A stretch of 64,000 nt of DNA from an uncultured Chloroflexia bacterium. GTDB lineage: Bacteria > Chloroflexota > Limnocylindria > Limnocylindrales > CSP1-4. A model generated the notes under the pieces. It searched no databases, was not told the origin of the DNA, and saw nothing but the letters and a program-made list of their open reading frames with translations. The first letter of the stretch is position 1, and each line of letters opens with the position of its first letter. The DNA is taken from contig CAVRKQ010000004.1 of assembly GCA_963722105.1 (NCBI GenBank), forward strand, positions 196,335-260,334. Reading direction: 5' to 3'. Positions 41,173 through 51,299 of the stretch are shown in pieces. A program made the translations under genes and the position numbers.

Positions 41173-42519
41173 TCAGCGGCCCGCCGTCGAGGGCGCGGGC
41201 TCGTCGCGCAGTCGTTCGGAGGCGAGTCCGTGGACGTCCGCCTCGGCCTGCGTGTCGCCCGTCAGCGATGTCAGCCGGACGAGCAGCGCGATCTTCTCGG
41301 TCGCCACGTCGATCCAGCCACGGTCGAGCTGGAGGTTGGCGATGGCAAGGTGGACGCGCGGATCGCCCGGAGCGATCGAGAGGAGGTTCAGCGCGATCTC
41401 GAGCGCCGCGTCGATGCGGCCCGCGTCGCGATGGACCCGCGCAGCCGTCAGCATGAGGTCTCGCGACGCGTCGACCTCACCCCGCTCGAGGGCCAGCGCG
41501 GCTTGGGTCAGCAGCTCCTCGGGGTCGGGCGGCGGACCCTCGATGGGCGGCGGTGGCGGCGAGGGCAGGTCGATCCCGGGCCAGGCGCCGCCCGTTTCGC
41601 CGTTCTCGCCCGTCTCGCTCGCGTCGCCCGGGAGGCCGGTGGCGTTCGCGTCCGCTGCGCCATCCCCCGCTTCGGCGGGCGGCCCTGGTCCGTCAGCCTC
41701 CCCCGCAGCTGGCGTGGCGGCCGCGGCAGCGCCGCTACCCGGGTCTCCTGTTCGCCCGCCGCCCTCCAGCTCCGCGCGCAGCGCCTCGAGGGCGTCGTAC
41801 GCCGCCGCATCGGTGATCGGCGGTCGACGGGCCGTCGCGCTGTCGATCCCCTCGAGCCGCTGGGCATCGAGCGCGGCGCTCCAGGGATCCTCGGAAGGCG
41901 CGTCGGCGGCTGGGGGAGCCGGGTCGGCCTCTGCCGGAGCGTCGACAGCGGCGGCGGGCGGGCTCGCGGGCACGGGCGGGCTCGCGGGCACGGGCGGGCT
42001 CGCAGGCGCGGGCGGGCTCGCGGGCACGGGCGGGGTCGGAGGCACGGGCGGGCTCGCAGGCGCGGGCGGCACCAGGTCGGCAAGGTGGGTGGCGGCGGCT
42101 CCGAGACGGTCAGCGAGGGCGTTCCGGGCGTCAGATGGCTCGAGCTCTGCGGCGCGGCGAGCCGCGTCGGCAGCGGGCGCCGATCGGCCGGCAATGTCAA
42201 GGACGAAGGCGAGCCGCTCGAAGTCCGTGGCGGCCCCGGATCGCAGGCCACGCTCGGACCGGGCGCTTGCGCGCGCTCGAAGGGCGGCTTCGTCGTCGGG
42301 GGCCAGCTGAAGCGCCTGATCGAACGATTCGGCCGCCTCGGGCCAGCGGTCGAGCCGGTGCAGGACGGTCCCGCGGCTCGCGAGCGGGAGTGCCCGCTCC
42401 GGGACGAGGCGGGCCGCGGCGTCGTAGGCCGCGAGGGCGTCGTCGAGCTCGCCGGCGAGCGCAGCCATGTGTCCGCGCCGCAACGCTGCCTTGTATTGGT
42501 CGAACAGGCTCTCGCTCAC
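41173..42519 (-). CDS. Tetratricopeptide-repeat protein with Pro/Ala-rich linker
   Basis: TPR-like helices (ALAAYDAAARL, AAESFDQALQLAPDD; C-terminal PGDPRVHLAIA) flanking a low-complexity region; TAGGCT box 7 nt before the GTG. Confidence 0.8.
   Translation of the reverse strand: MSESLFDQYKAALRRGHMAALAGELDDALAAYDAAARLVPERALPLASRGTVLHRLDRWPEAAESFDQALQLAPDDEAALRARASARSERGLRSGAATDFERLAFVLDIAGRSAPAADAARRAAELEPSDARNALADRLGAAATHLADLVPPAPASPPVPPTPPVPASPPAPASPPVPASPPVPASPPAAAVDAPAEADPAPPAADAPSEDPWSAALDAQRLEGIDSATARRPPITDAAAYDALEALRAELEGGGRTGDPGSGAAAAATPAAGEADGPGPPAEAGDGAADANATGLPGDASETGENGETGGAWPGIDLPSPPPPPIEGPPPDPEELLTQAALALERGEVDASRDLMLTAARVHRDAGRIDAALEIALNLLSIAPGDPRVHLAIANLQLDRGWIDVATEKIALLVRLTSLTGDTQAEADVHGLASERLRDEPAPSTAGR
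41957..42064. repeat. Six imperfect tandem 18-bp repeats (GGCGGGCTCGCGGGCACG) encoding PP[AV]PAS
   Basis: Units counted directly; in frame within the TPR gene. Confidence 0.9.
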
Positions 42520-42576
42520 GTGGCCGAGCCTACCGCGTCATTCGCGGCGCCGGTCACCGCCCGAGGTACGGGGTGA

Positions 42577-42975
42577 CTACCGCTTCGTGTACTGCGGCGC
42601 CTTGCGTGCGCGCTTGAGGCCGTACTTCTTGCGCTCCTTCATCCGCGGGTCGCGGGTGAGCAAGCCGGCCTGTCGAAGAGCGACGCGATACTCGGGTTCG
42701 AGCTCGAGCAGTGCCCGGGCGATCCCATGGCGGATGGCGCCGGCCTGGCCGGTGACCCCGCCACCCTCGACCTTGATCATCGCGTTGTAGCGGCCGTGGG
42801 TATTGGTGACCTGGAACGGCATCCGGACGTCGGCCTCGTCGATGGCCGCGCCGAAGTGCTCGACGAGCGAGCGGCCGTTGATCACCATCTCGCCTTCACC
42901 CGGCAGGAGCCGGACCCGCGCCACGGCCGTCTTCCGGCGGCCGGTGCCCGAGTTGTAGTTCTGCGCAGTTGCCAT
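42577..42975 (-). CDS. rpsI: 30S ribosomal protein S9
   Basis: [12 protein letters not shown]...[19 protein letters not shown]. Confidence 0.98.
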   Translation of the reverse strand: MATAQNYNSGTGRRKTAVARVRLLPGEGEMVINGRSLVEHFGAAIDEADVRMPFQVTNTHGRYNAMIKVEGGGVTGQAGAIRHGIARALLELEPEYRVALRQAGLLTRDPRMKERKKYGLKRARKAPQYTKR

Positions 42976-42989
42976 GTCGTGGTCCTCCG

Positions 42990-43421
42990 TCAGGCGAGCG
43001 GTTCAGGCCGCTGGGCCTGATGAGGGTGGTCGGAGCCGGCGTAGATCTTGAGCTTCCGCAGCTGCTGCGCGCCGAGGCGGGTGTGAGGCAGCATGCCCTT
43101 GATCGCGCGGCGGATGACCTCTTCGGGCCGGCGCTCGAGCAGCTTCCCGAGGGTCTCCTCCTTGAAGCCCTGGGGGTGGCCGCTGTGGCGCTGGTAGAGC
43201 TTCGTCGACTGCTTCGCGGCGCTGACGGAGATCTTCTTGGCGTTCAGGACGATGACGTGGTCCCCGCCGTCGAGGTTCGGCGACCAGGTCGGCTTGTGCT
43301 TGCCCTCGAGGACGCGCGCGACGCGCGTGGCGAGGCGACCGAGGGTCACGCCCGCCGCATCCACGACGAACCATTCCCGCTCGATATCACCCTGTCGCGC
43401 CGTGTACGTCTTGTCGTTCAT
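42990..43421 (-). CDS. rplM: 50S ribosomal protein L13
   Basis: [32 protein letters not shown]. Confidence 0.98.
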   Translation of the reverse strand: MNDKTYTARQGDIEREWFVVDAAGVTLGRLATRVARVLEGKHKPTWSPNLDGGDHVIVLNAKKISVSAAKQSTKLYQRHSGHPQGFKEETLGKLLERRPEEVIRRAIKGMLPHTRLGAQQLRKLKIYAGSDHPHQAQRPEPLA

Positions 43422-44227
43422 CAGTCCTCGTGTCCTGTCTCCGTCGTTGTCGCCCTGTCGCCTGCTCGCCGTCCGAGGACGACGCGCCGGAGGCAGAGCC
43501 CCCTGGCCGGCGCCATCGCGCCTGCCAGTGCCGGTCTCCCGGCGGTCAGCAGTCCCGGCACCGCCGAGACCTCGAGCGTTCCCCTCCCCGCTGCGAGCAG
43601 TGCCGCGACGATCCGTCGCACCATGCCCCGCAGGAAGGCGTCGGCTCGAACGTCGATCGTGACCGTCGATCCCTGCCGCCGGACCCTGATCCGATGGATC
43701 GTCCGAACGGGCTGGGGATCGGCCCCGCCGAATGCCGAGAAGTCGTGGCGGCCCTCGAAGGCCGTCGCGGCGCTCGCCATCGCGGCGATGTCCAGCCCCA
43801 CCCGCACCCAGAGCGCCGTGCGCTCCCGGAGCGGGCTTCGCGGTCCGTTCCAGATGGAGTAGCGATACTCCCGGTAACGGGCGGCGTAGCGGGGGTTGAA
43901 CCCGGCGGGCGCCCGTCGAACGTCGCGGATCGCGACATCCGGCGGGAGCGTCCCGTTGAGCGCCTCGGTGAGGCCATCGGCCGAGAGGCTGCCCGGATAG
44001 GTGAACGCGATCACCTGCCCCGTGGCATGCACCCCGGCGTCGGTCCGCCCGGCGCCCATGACCGGCTGGCGGATCCCGCCACTCAGGCGGGCCAGCGCGG
44101 CCTCGAGCTCTCCCTGGACAGTCCGGGCTTCAGGTTGGACCTGGAAGCCCGCGAACTCCGTGCCGTCATATTCGACCGTCGCTCTGTACCGCTTTGCGGC
44201 CGACCGACGAGGCGCCCTCTCGGGCAT
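43421..44227 (-). CDS. truA: tRNA pseudouridine(38-40) synthase
   Basis: YDGTEFAGFQ, AGRTDAGVHA, GRHDFSAF, FLRGMVR. Confidence 0.96.
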   Translation of the reverse strand: MPERAPRRSAAKRYRATVEYDGTEFAGFQVQPEARTVQGELEAALARLSGGIRQPVMGAGRTDAGVHATGQVIAFTYPGSLSADGLTEALNGTLPPDVAIRDVRRAPAGFNPRYAARYREYRYSIWNGPRSPLRERTALWVRVGLDIAAMASAATAFEGRHDFSAFGGADPQPVRTIHRIRVRRQGSTVTIDVRADAFLRGMVRRIVAALLAAGRGTLEVSAVPGLLTAGRPALAGAMAPARGLCLRRVVLGRRAGDRATTTETGHED

Positions 44228-44230
44228 CGC

Positions 44231-44584
44231 TTACACCAGTTCGATCTGGACGATCTCGGCCGCGTCGCCGGCCCGTGGGCCGAGCTTGACGATGCGGGTG
44301 TAGCCCGACGAGCGATCCGCGTACTTCGGCGCGATCTCGTCGAAGAGCTTCGTGATGACCAGCGGCTCGTTCGGGAACTGCGAGATGATGGCGCGGCGGG
44401 CCGACAGGTCGCCCCGCTTGGCCAGCGTGATCGCCTTCTCGACGCGCCCCTGGATCTCCTTGGCCTTCGCCTCGGTCGTCTTCACGCGCTCGTAGCGCAG
44501 CACGGAAACCGTGAGGTTCTTGTACAGCGCGAGGCGGGGGCCCATCTTCCGGCCGAGCTTCCGGCCATCGATCTTGTGCGCCAT
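44231..44584 (-). CDS. rplQ: 50S ribosomal protein L17
   Basis: RKLGR, TTEAKAKE, GYTRIVKLGPRAGDAA. Confidence 0.97.
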   Translation of the reverse strand: MAHKIDGRKLGRKMGPRLALYKNLTVSVLRYERVKTTEAKAKEIQGRVEKAITLAKRGDLSARRAIISQFPNEPLVITKLFDEIAPKYADRSSGYTRIVKLGPRAGDAAEIVQIELV

Positions 44585-44587
44585 GAA

Positions 44588-45592
44588 TCAGGCGTCCTCA
44601 TCCTCGAACGGCGCCTCGTCCTCCTCGCCCTCGTCGCCGTCGAACTCCGACGGCTCGGTCTCGGGGAGGATGAAGCCGCGCATCCGGAGGCGCTCCTTCA
44701 TCTCGTCGAGCGACTTCTTGCCGAAGTTGCGCATCCGGAGCAGGTCCTCGTCCTTGAGCTGGAGGAGCTGCCCGACCTTGACGATGTTGTTGCGCTTGAG
44801 GGAGTTGTAGGCCCGCATCGGGAGGTCGAGCTCCTCGATCGGCATGTCGAGCATGTTCGGCGGGAGCTGCGGGATGCCCGGCACGCCGCGGTCGGCGGCC
44901 ATCTGGGCCTGGCCGATCGTCACGAACGGCCGGAACTGCTCGATGAGGATCGAGGCGGCGCGGCTGAGCGCCTCCTCGGGCCCGATCGTGCCGTCGGTCT
45001 CGATCTCGATCGTGAGCTTGTCGAAGTTGGTGACCTGGCCGACACGGGTGCTCTCGACCCAGTAGTTGACCTTCCGGACGGGCGTGAAGATCGCGTCGAC
45101 CGCGATGACGCCGATCGGCAGGGCCTCGGTCCGCTCGACACCGAGGTACCCGACGCCGCGCTCGACCGTCATGTCCATGTCGATCGTCACGTCGTCCGAG
45201 TCGAGGGTCATCAGCACGAGATCGCGATTCACGATCTCGACGTCCGCCGACTCCAGGACGTCCGCCGCGAGCACCGCGCCGGCGCCGCTCTTGGTGAGCC
45301 GGAGCTGGACGGGGTGCGTGGCGAAGCTCTTCATGCGGAGCTTCTTGGTGTTCAGGACGATCTGGGTGACGTCCTCCTTGACCCCGGGGATCGTGGAGAA
45401 CTCCTGGTAGACGTCCCGGATCTGGAGGGACGTGACCGCGGCGCCCTCGAGCGAGGAGAGCAGGACGCGCCGGAGCGCGTTGCCGAGCGTCACGCCGTAG
45501 CCGGCCTGGAGCGGTCCGACCTCGTACTTGGCGTACGTGCCGGCGCCACCCTCCTCGACGGGCTCGATCTGCGGGGTCTCGAGTTCGATCAT
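44588..45592 (-). CDS. rpoA: RNA polymerase alpha subunit
   Basis: GYGVTLGNALRRVLLSSLEG, DAIFTPVRKV, RAYNSLKR, RNFGKKS; acidic tail. Confidence 0.97.
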   Translation of the reverse strand: MIELETPQIEPVEEGGAGTYAKYEVGPLQAGYGVTLGNALRRVLLSSLEGAAVTSLQIRDVYQEFSTIPGVKEDVTQIVLNTKKLRMKSFATHPVQLRLTKSGAGAVLAADVLESADVEIVNRDLVLMTLDSDDVTIDMDMTVERGVGYLGVERTEALPIGVIAVDAIFTPVRKVNYWVESTRVGQVTNFDKLTIEIETDGTIGPEEALSRAASILIEQFRPFVTIGQAQMAADRGVPGIPQLPPNMLDMPIEELDLPMRAYNSLKRNNIVKVGQLLQLKDEDLLRMRNFGKKSLDEMKERLRMRGFILPETEPSEFDGDEGEEDEAPFEDEDA

Positions 45593-45600
45593 GAGCGGGG

Positions 45601-46227
45601 CTACCTCGAGTAGTACTCGACCACGAGCTGCTCGGAGAGATCGAGCGGCATCTGGTCGCGACGGGGGATGCTGACGAGTGACCCACCGAGCTTCGCGGCG
45701 TCCAGGCTCAGCCAATCGGGCGCCTGGTGCGAGCGGAGGGTCTCCTTGATGACCTTGAAGGCCTCGCGGTTGCGACGGCTCTCGCGGACCTCGATGCGGT
45801 CACCGGGCTTCACGGGGTAGGACGCGATGTCCGTCGGGGTCCCGTTGACCGTGAAATGACCGTGGTTGACGAGCTGGCGGGCCATCGGGCGCGAGGCCGC
45901 GAAGCCGAGCCGGAAGACGACGTTGTCGAGACGGGTCTCGAGCCGCTGGAGGAGCGCCTCGCCGGTCACGCCCGTGTGGCTCTCCGCCTCACGGTAGTAG
46001 TTCCGGAATTGCCGCTCGAGGACGCCGTAGACGCGGCGGACCTTCTGCTTCTCGCGCAGCTGGATGCCGTACTCGCCCATCTTGCGGCGGCGGACGCCGT
46101 GCTGGCCGGGCGGCGTGGGGCGCCGCTCGAAGGAGCACTTCTTGGTGTAGCAGCGGGTGCCCTTCAGGAAGAGCTTGGCACCCTCGCGGCGGCAGAGCCG
46201 GCAGACCGATGCTGTGTAGCGAGCCAT
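45601..46227 (-). CDS. rpsD: 30S ribosomal protein S4 (Zn-binding type)
   Basis: CRLCRREG...C...C, QLREKQK, LETRLDNVV. Confidence 0.98.
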   Translation of the reverse strand: MARYTASVCRLCRREGAKLFLKGTRCYTKKCSFERRPTPPGQHGVRRRKMGEYGIQLREKQKVRRVYGVLERQFRNYYREAESHTGVTGEALLQRLETRLDNVVFRLGFAASRPMARQLVNHGHFTVNGTPTDIASYPVKPGDRIEVRESRRNREAFKVIKETLRSHQAPDWLSLDAAKLGGSLVSIPRRDQMPLDLSEQLVVEYYSR

Positions 46228-46230
46228 GGA

Positions 46231-46626
46231 TCAGACCCTGCGCCGCTTGGGCGGGCGGCAGCCGTTGTGCGGGATGGGCGTGACGTCGGTGATGGCGCTG
46301 ACCTCCAGCCCGGCGGACTGGAGCGAGCGGATCGCCTGCTCGCGTCCCGCGCCCGGACCCTTGACGAAGACCTCGACCTGGCGCATCCCATGCTCCATCG
46401 CCTTCTTGGCGGCGACGTCGGCCGAGAGGGCCGCGGCGTACGGGGTGCTCTTGCGGGAGCCCTTGAACCCGGCAACGCCGGCGGAGCCCCAGCTGATCAC
46501 GGAGCCACCGAGGTCGGTGATCGTGATGATCGTGTTGTTGAACGACGCCTGGATGTGGGCGTGACCCTGCGGCACGTTCTTCTTCTCACGGCGGCGCTGC
46601 TTGACCGCCTTCTTGCGTTCAGCCAT
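46231..46626 (-). CDS. rpsK: 30S ribosomal protein S11
   Basis: [36 protein letters not shown]. Confidence 0.98.
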   Translation of the reverse strand: MAERKKAVKQRRREKKNVPQGHAHIQASFNNTIITITDLGGSVISWGSAGVAGFKGSRKSTPYAAALSADVAAKKAMEHGMRQVEVFVKGPGAGREQAIRSLQSAGLEVSAITDVTPIPHNGCRPPKRRRV

Positions 46627-46647
46627 ATCGCTCTTCGATCCCCGCCG

Positions 46648-47025
46648 CTACTTCGTGGCCTTGCGCCGAGCGCCGACCGTGCGCTTCGGGCCGCGCCGCT
46701 GGCGCGCATTGGTCTTGGTTCGCTGGCCGCGGACCGGGAGGTTCCGCCGATGGCGGAGGCCGCGATACGAGCCGATCTCCTGGAGTCGCTTGATGTTCAG
46801 CGCGACCTCGCGGCGCAGGTCGCCCTCGACCTTGAAGCGCCGATCGATGAGCTCGCGGAGGCGGTTCACCTGGTCCTCGGTGAGGTCGCGGACTCGCGTG
46901 TCGCCATTGACGTTCGTCTGGACGAGGATCTTCTGCGCGGTGGGCAGCCCGATGCCGTAGATGTAGGTCAGGGCGACCTCGACCCGCTTCTCGCGGGGGA
47001 TGTCGATGCCGGCGATGCGTGCCAT
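46648..47025 (-). CDS. rpsM: 30S ribosomal protein S13
   Basis: [23 protein letters not shown]. Confidence 0.98.
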   Translation of the reverse strand: MARIAGIDIPREKRVEVALTYIYGIGLPTAQKILVQTNVNGDTRVRDLTEDQVNRLRELIDRRFKVEGDLRREVALNIKRLQEIGSYRGLRHRRNLPVRGQRTKTNARQRRGPKRTVGARRKATK

Positions 47026-47031
47026 CGATCC

Positions 47032-47145
47032 CTACCCCTGTCGCTGCTTGTGCTTGGGGTTGGTGCAGATGACCATCACCGTGCCATGCCGGCGGATGAC
47101 CTTGCAGTTGTCGCAACGGGCCTTGATGGAGGCTCTGACTTTCAA
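47032..47145 (-). CDS. rpmJ: 50S ribosomal protein L36 (TTG start, Zn-binding type)
   Basis: Manual translation [37 protein letters not shown]. Confidence 0.97.
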   Translation of the reverse strand: MKVRASIKARCDNCKVIRRHGTVMVICTNPKHKQRQG

Positions 47146-47185
47146 CGTTTCCTCGTCGTTCGCGGCCGTCCTCGTCGGACGGGTC

Positions 47186-47404
47186 TTACTTCAGGCGGTA
47201 CGTGATCCGACCGCGCGTCAGGTCGTAGGGCGAAAGCTCCACGCGGACGCGGTCGCCGGGCAGGATCCGGATGAAGTTCATCCGAAGCTTTCCGGAGATA
47301 TGCGCCAGCACTCGGTGCCCGTTCTCCAGCTCGACGGCGAACATCGTGTTGGGCAGCGGCTCGACGACCGTGCCTTCCACTTCGATCGCATCACGTTTTG
47401 CCAC
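47186..47404 (-). CDS. infA: Translation initiation factor IF-1
   Basis: [30 protein letters not shown]. Confidence 0.98.
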   Translation of the reverse strand: MAKRDAIEVEGTVVEPLPNTMFAVELENGHRVLAHISGKLRMNFIRILPGDRVRVELSPYDLTRGRITYRLK

Positions 47405-47469
47405 GGGCGGTGCTGGGTCCCTTTCTCACACGGAATGCCGGCCCAACGGAGGCCGACACACGAAAGTGC

Positions 47470-47499
47470 AGCCTATCAGGAATCGGCATCGAGTGGCAA
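47470..47499 (-). promoter_or_regulatory. Promoter TTGCCA-18-TAGGCT for the infA-alpha operon
   Basis: -35 at 47494-47499 and -10 at 47470-47475, in the 260-bp map-infA gap. Confidence 0.55.
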
Positions 47500-47666
47500 T
47501 CACTCGCCTGCCGTCGGCTGCGGTGACGGTCAGGCCTCCCCATGTGAACTTCGTTCCCAACGGTCGGCCCGCCCGGCCCCTCCGCCGGCGTCACGCGAGG
47601 TACGTGACCCTCGTTGCGAATGCTCGAGCGGCCGCTCCCGTGCCGCCGGTGGGCCGGCCTTCCACT

Positions 47667-48443
47667 TCATACCCTGGTGAGGATGTCGGGGCCATTGGCG
47701 GTGATGGCGATGGTGTGCTCGAAGTGGGCGGCGAGCGCGTCGTCGGCCGTGCGGACGGTCCAGCGGTCGCCGTCGACGTAGACCTCGCCGCTGCCGAGGG
47801 TGAACATCGGCTCGATCGCGAGGCAGACGCCCGGCTGGAGCTCGTCGCCACGCCGGCCGGTGCGGTAGTTGGGGACCTGGGGGTCCTCGTGCATCTTCGT
47901 CCCGATGCCGTGCCCGACGAACGGCTTGACGATCCCGTAGCCACTGGCGATCCCGACGTCCTCGATCGCGGCGGAGATGTCCTCGACCCGGCCGCCGGCC
48001 TGGGCCGCGCCGATCCCGGCCATGATGGCCAGCCGGGTGGCATCAACGAGGGCTCGCGCTTCCTCGGAGACCTCGCCGACGACGAACGTCCGGGCGCCGT
48101 CGCCGTGCCAGCCGTCGAGGATCGCCCCGACGTCGACCGACACCACCGAGCCGTCCCGGATCTTCCGGTCGCCGGGGATGCCGTGGACGACCTCGTCGTC
48201 GATCGAGATGCAGGTGCTCGCCGGGAAGGCCTGCGGGCCCTTGCCGTAGCGGCCGCCGCCGAGGTAGCCCTTGAACGACGGGATCGCCCCGGCTGCGCGG
48301 ATGTGGCGCTCGGCCAGGCTGTCGAGGTGGCCCGTGGAGACGCCCGGCTGCAGCTCGGACTCGATGAGCGCCAAGACCTCCGCGACGATCCGGCCCGCGC
48401 GGCGCATCTTCTCGATCTCGGCGGGCGACTTCCTCGTGATCAT
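47667..48443 (-). CDS. map: Methionine aminopeptidase type I
   Basis: SIDDEVVHGIP, DGWHGD, GHGIG..MHEDP, AIEPM, AHFEHT. Confidence 0.97.
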   Translation of the reverse strand: MITRKSPAEIEKMRRAGRIVAEVLALIESELQPGVSTGHLDSLAERHIRAAGAIPSFKGYLGGGRYGKGPQAFPASTCISIDDEVVHGIPGDRKIRDGSVVSVDVGAILDGWHGDGARTFVVGEVSEEARALVDATRLAIMAGIGAAQAGGRVEDISAAIEDVGIASGYGIVKPFVGHGIGTKMHEDPQVPNYRTGRRGDELQPGVCLAIEPMFTLGSGEVYVDGDRWTVRTADDALAAHFEHTIAITANGPDILTRV

Positions 48444-49105
48444 TCGGTGGGCGCGGCGTGCCAGCCGAGGGCATCCAGGAGGCTCTGGGCCACGTCCTCG
48501 ATCGGCCGCAGGCCATCGATCGAGATGAGGATGCCCTGGCCCCGGTAGTAGTCCGCGACGTCGTGGAGCGGGCCGAGCTGCTGCTCCATCCGTGCGCGGA
48601 CCGTCGCCTCCGCGTCGTCATCGCGATGGACGAGCTCCGACCCGTCGACGTCGCAGATGCCCCACACCTTGGGCGGCTTGAACCACTCGTTGTAGACGTG
48701 GCCTCCGGCCCTGCAGATCAGCCGGCCGGCGAACCGTCCCACGAGATCCTCGATCGGGACCTCGATCAGGAGCGCCTTGTCGACCTGCCGGCCGGAGGCG
48801 GCGAGCGCCGCGTCCAGCGCCTCTGCCTGCGGGCGGGTTCGCGGAAAGCCGTCGAGGATCGCGCCGGTCTGCGCATCGTCCTTGCCGAGCCGGGCCAGGA
48901 ACAGCCGGGCCATCAGGTCGTCCGGCACGAGCTCGCCGGATCGCATGATCGCGTCGACCTCGCGGCCGATCTCGCTGCCGCTGGCGACCTCGGCCCGGAG
49001 CAGGTCGCCCGATGCGAGCACGGGCGCGCCGAGGCTCGCCGAAAGCAGCGGCGCCTGCGTGCCCTTGCCGGCACCCGGCGCGCCAAGAAGGATTGCTACG
49101 GTCAT
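48440..49105 (-). CDS. adk: Adenylate kinase
   Basis: GAPGAGKGTQA, GELVPD, LDGFPRT, RDDD. Confidence 0.97.
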   Translation of the reverse strand: MTVAILLGAPGAGKGTQAPLLSASLGAPVLASGDLLRAEVASGSEIGREVDAIMRSGELVPDDLMARLFLARLGKDDAQTGAILDGFPRTRPQAEALDAALAASGRQVDKALLIEVPIEDLVGRFAGRLICRAGGHVYNEWFKPPKVWGICDVDGSELVHRDDDAEATVRARMEQQLGPLHDVADYYRGQGILISIDGLRPIEDVAQSLLDALGWHAAPTE

Positions 49106-49139
49106 TCGTGTCGCCGATCCACTGGCCGGGTCTCCGCGT

Positions 49140-50420
49140 CTAGCGGATGAAGCCTTCGTAGTTCCGCATCATCAGCTGCGCCTCGATCTGCTTCATGGTC
49201 TCGACGACCACCGACACGACGATCAGGAGGCCGGTGCCGCCGATCGCGAGGCCCTGGAGGGCAGGATCGAGCACGCCCATGAGGACGGGCGCCACCGCGA
49301 CCGCGCCAAGGAACAGCGACCCGGCAAGGGTGATGCGGCTGACGACGCGGCCCAGGTACTCCTGGGTTGGCCGGCCCGGTCGGATGCCCGGGATGAACCC
49401 GCCGTTCTTGCGGAGCTGCTCGGCGGTCTCGTCGGGTTTGAACGTGAAGGCCGTGTAGAAGTACGTGAATCCGACGGTCAGCAGGAAGTAGATGATCGAG
49501 TACTGGATCGTCGTCGGCGACAGGAAGGTCCCGATGCCCGTCGCGACGTCCTTCACGATCTGCACGTCGCTCACCGAGAAGTACAGCGCGAGCTGGCCCG
49601 GGAACGACAGGATGCTGATCGCGAAGATGATCGGGATCACGCCCGCGAGGTTGACCCGCAGCGGCAGGAACGTCTGGCCGCCCTGGTACATGCGCCGCCC
49701 GCGCACGCGGCTCGCGTACTGGATCGGGATCCGGCGCTGGCCCTCCTGGATGTAGATGATCACCATGACCGCCACGATCGCGAGGACTGCGAAGAGCACG
49801 ATGTCGCGGGGCGAGGGCTGCTGGAGCATCTGGACGAGGCCCGCGGGGGCCTGGCTGACGATACCGGCGAAGATGATGAAGCTGATGCCGTTGCCGATGC
49901 CCTTCTCGGTGATCAGCTCGCCAAGCCACATCAGGACGATCGCGCCGGCGACGAGCGTGATCATCTGGACCCAGCTCAGGGCATTGCCCAGACCGAAGCC
50001 CGATGGGATCACGTCCTGGGCGGCGAACGCCGACAGGATGCCGAAGGCCTGGAGGAGCGCCATCGGGACGGTGAGGTAGCGGGTGTACTGGTTCAGCTTC
50101 TGCCGGCCGTACTCGCCCTCGCGGCTCAGCGCCTGGAGCGACGGGATCACGCCCGTCATCAGCTGCATGATGATCGAGGCGTTGATGTACGGATTCATCG
50201 CCAACCCGACGATCGAGAGCGACGACAGGCCGCCGCCCGCAAAGAGGTCCAGGATCCCGAACGCGGCGTTGTTGCGGAAGAACTCCGCGAGGGCCGTGCG
50301 ATCGATGCCCGGCAGCGGCACCTGGGCCAGCAGCCGGTAGACAATCAGGATCCCGAGGACGAAGACGATGCGCCGGCGGATGTCCGGTGCGCGGAAGGCG
50401 TTGAGCAGCGACTCGAACAC
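49140..50420 (-). CDS. secY: Preprotein translocase SecY
   Basis: GLAMNPYINASII, ITEKGIGNGIS, IPGIRPG, GGTGLLIVV. Confidence 0.98.
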   Translation of the reverse strand: MFESLLNAFRAPDIRRRIVFVLGILIVYRLLAQVPLPGIDRTALAEFFRNNAAFGILDLFAGGGLSSLSIVGLAMNPYINASIIMQLMTGVIPSLQALSREGEYGRQKLNQYTRYLTVPMALLQAFGILSAFAAQDVIPSGFGLGNALSWVQMITLVAGAIVLMWLGELITEKGIGNGISFIIFAGIVSQAPAGLVQMLQQPSPRDIVLFAVLAIVAVMVIIYIQEGQRRIPIQYASRVRGRRMYQGGQTFLPLRVNLAGVIPIIFAISILSFPGQLALYFSVSDVQIVKDVATGIGTFLSPTTIQYSIIYFLLTVGFTYFYTAFTFKPDETAEQLRKNGGFIPGIRPGRPTQEYLGRVVSRITLAGSLFLGAVAVAPVLMGVLDPALQGLAIGGTGLLIVVSVVVETMKQIEAQLMMRNYEGFIR

Positions 50421-50426
50421 GGTCGG

Positions 50427-51299
50427 CTACTCGTCCGTGGCGGGTTCGGCGGACTTGGGCTTGCGCGGGGTGCGCGGCTTCGCCGGCTTGGCCGCGGCCT
50501 CGGCTGCGGGAGCGTCGGCGCTCGCCTCGGTGTCGGCCTCGGCGTTTTCGGCCTTCGCGGCCTTGGTGGCCTTGGCCGGCTTGGCCTTCGGAGCGCGGGC
50601 CGGCTTCGCGGGCGCGGCTTCGTCGGTGGCTTCGGCGGCGTCCTGGTCATCCTCGGCGGCAAGGGCTGCCTTGCCGGCCTTGGGAGCGGCCTCGACCGCG
50701 GGCTCCGCGACGGCCTCGGCCGGAGCGTCGTCGGACCCATGGTCGTCGGCGTGATCGTCGTCGCGGCCCAGGGCCTCGCGCCTCTCGGTCGGGACCTCGA
50801 GCACGGAGACAGTGCCACCGGCGCCCTCGATCTTGGATCGGGCGCTCGCGGAGAACGCATCGGCGACCACGAACAGGGCCGTCGACAGCTCGCCGTTCCC
50901 GAGGACCTTCATCGGCCGGTCGAGCCGGCGGACGAGGCCCGCGGCCCGGAGGATCTCCTGGTTCACGGTGATCGGCGCGGCCTTGCCCTTGGCCGGCTTG
51001 GCATCGGGGTGCTCGCCACTCTCGAGCTCGCCGAGCTCGACCAGGCGGGCGATGTCGCCGAGGTTCACGACCTCGTACTGGATCTTGAACTTGTTGGTGA
51101 AGCCGCGGAGCTTCGGGATCCGCTGGTGGAGCGGCGTCTGGCCGCCCTCGAACCATGCGGGGATCGAGCCGCCGGCACGCGCCTTCTGGCCCTTCGTGCC
51201 GCGACCCGCCGTCTTGCCCTGGCCCGCGGCGATGCCGCGTCCGACGCGACGCTTCGGCTTGCGGGACCCCGGCGCGGGCTTGAGATCGTGCAGCTTCAT
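50427..51299 (-). CDS. rplO: 50S ribosomal protein L15 with ~120-aa C-terminal extension
   Basis: [18 protein letters not shown] core, then an A/E/D/K/P-rich tail. Confidence 0.97.
   Translation of the reverse strand: MKLHDLKPAPGSRKPKRRVGRGIAAGQGKTAGRGTKGQKARAGGSIPAWFEGGQTPLHQRIPKLRGFTNKFKIQYEVVNLGDIARLVELGELESGEHPDAKPAKGKAAPITVNQEILRAAGLVRRLDRPMKVLGNGELSTALFVVADAFSASARSKIEGAGGTVSVLEVPTERREALGRDDDHADDHGSDDAPAEAVAEPAVEAAPKAGKAALAAEDDQDAAEATDEAAPAKPARAPKAKPAKATKAAKAENAEADTEASADAPAAEAAAKPAKPRTPRKPKSAEPATDE

Noticed and set aside
41957-42064. CRISPR-like array
   Set aside because: Contiguous 18-bp in-frame coding repeats with no spacers and no cas genes.
47391-47594. 67-aa ORF in the map-infA gap
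   Set aside because: It overlaps the infA promoter and start, has no SD or coupling, and no motif; the region is better explained as promoter and leader.
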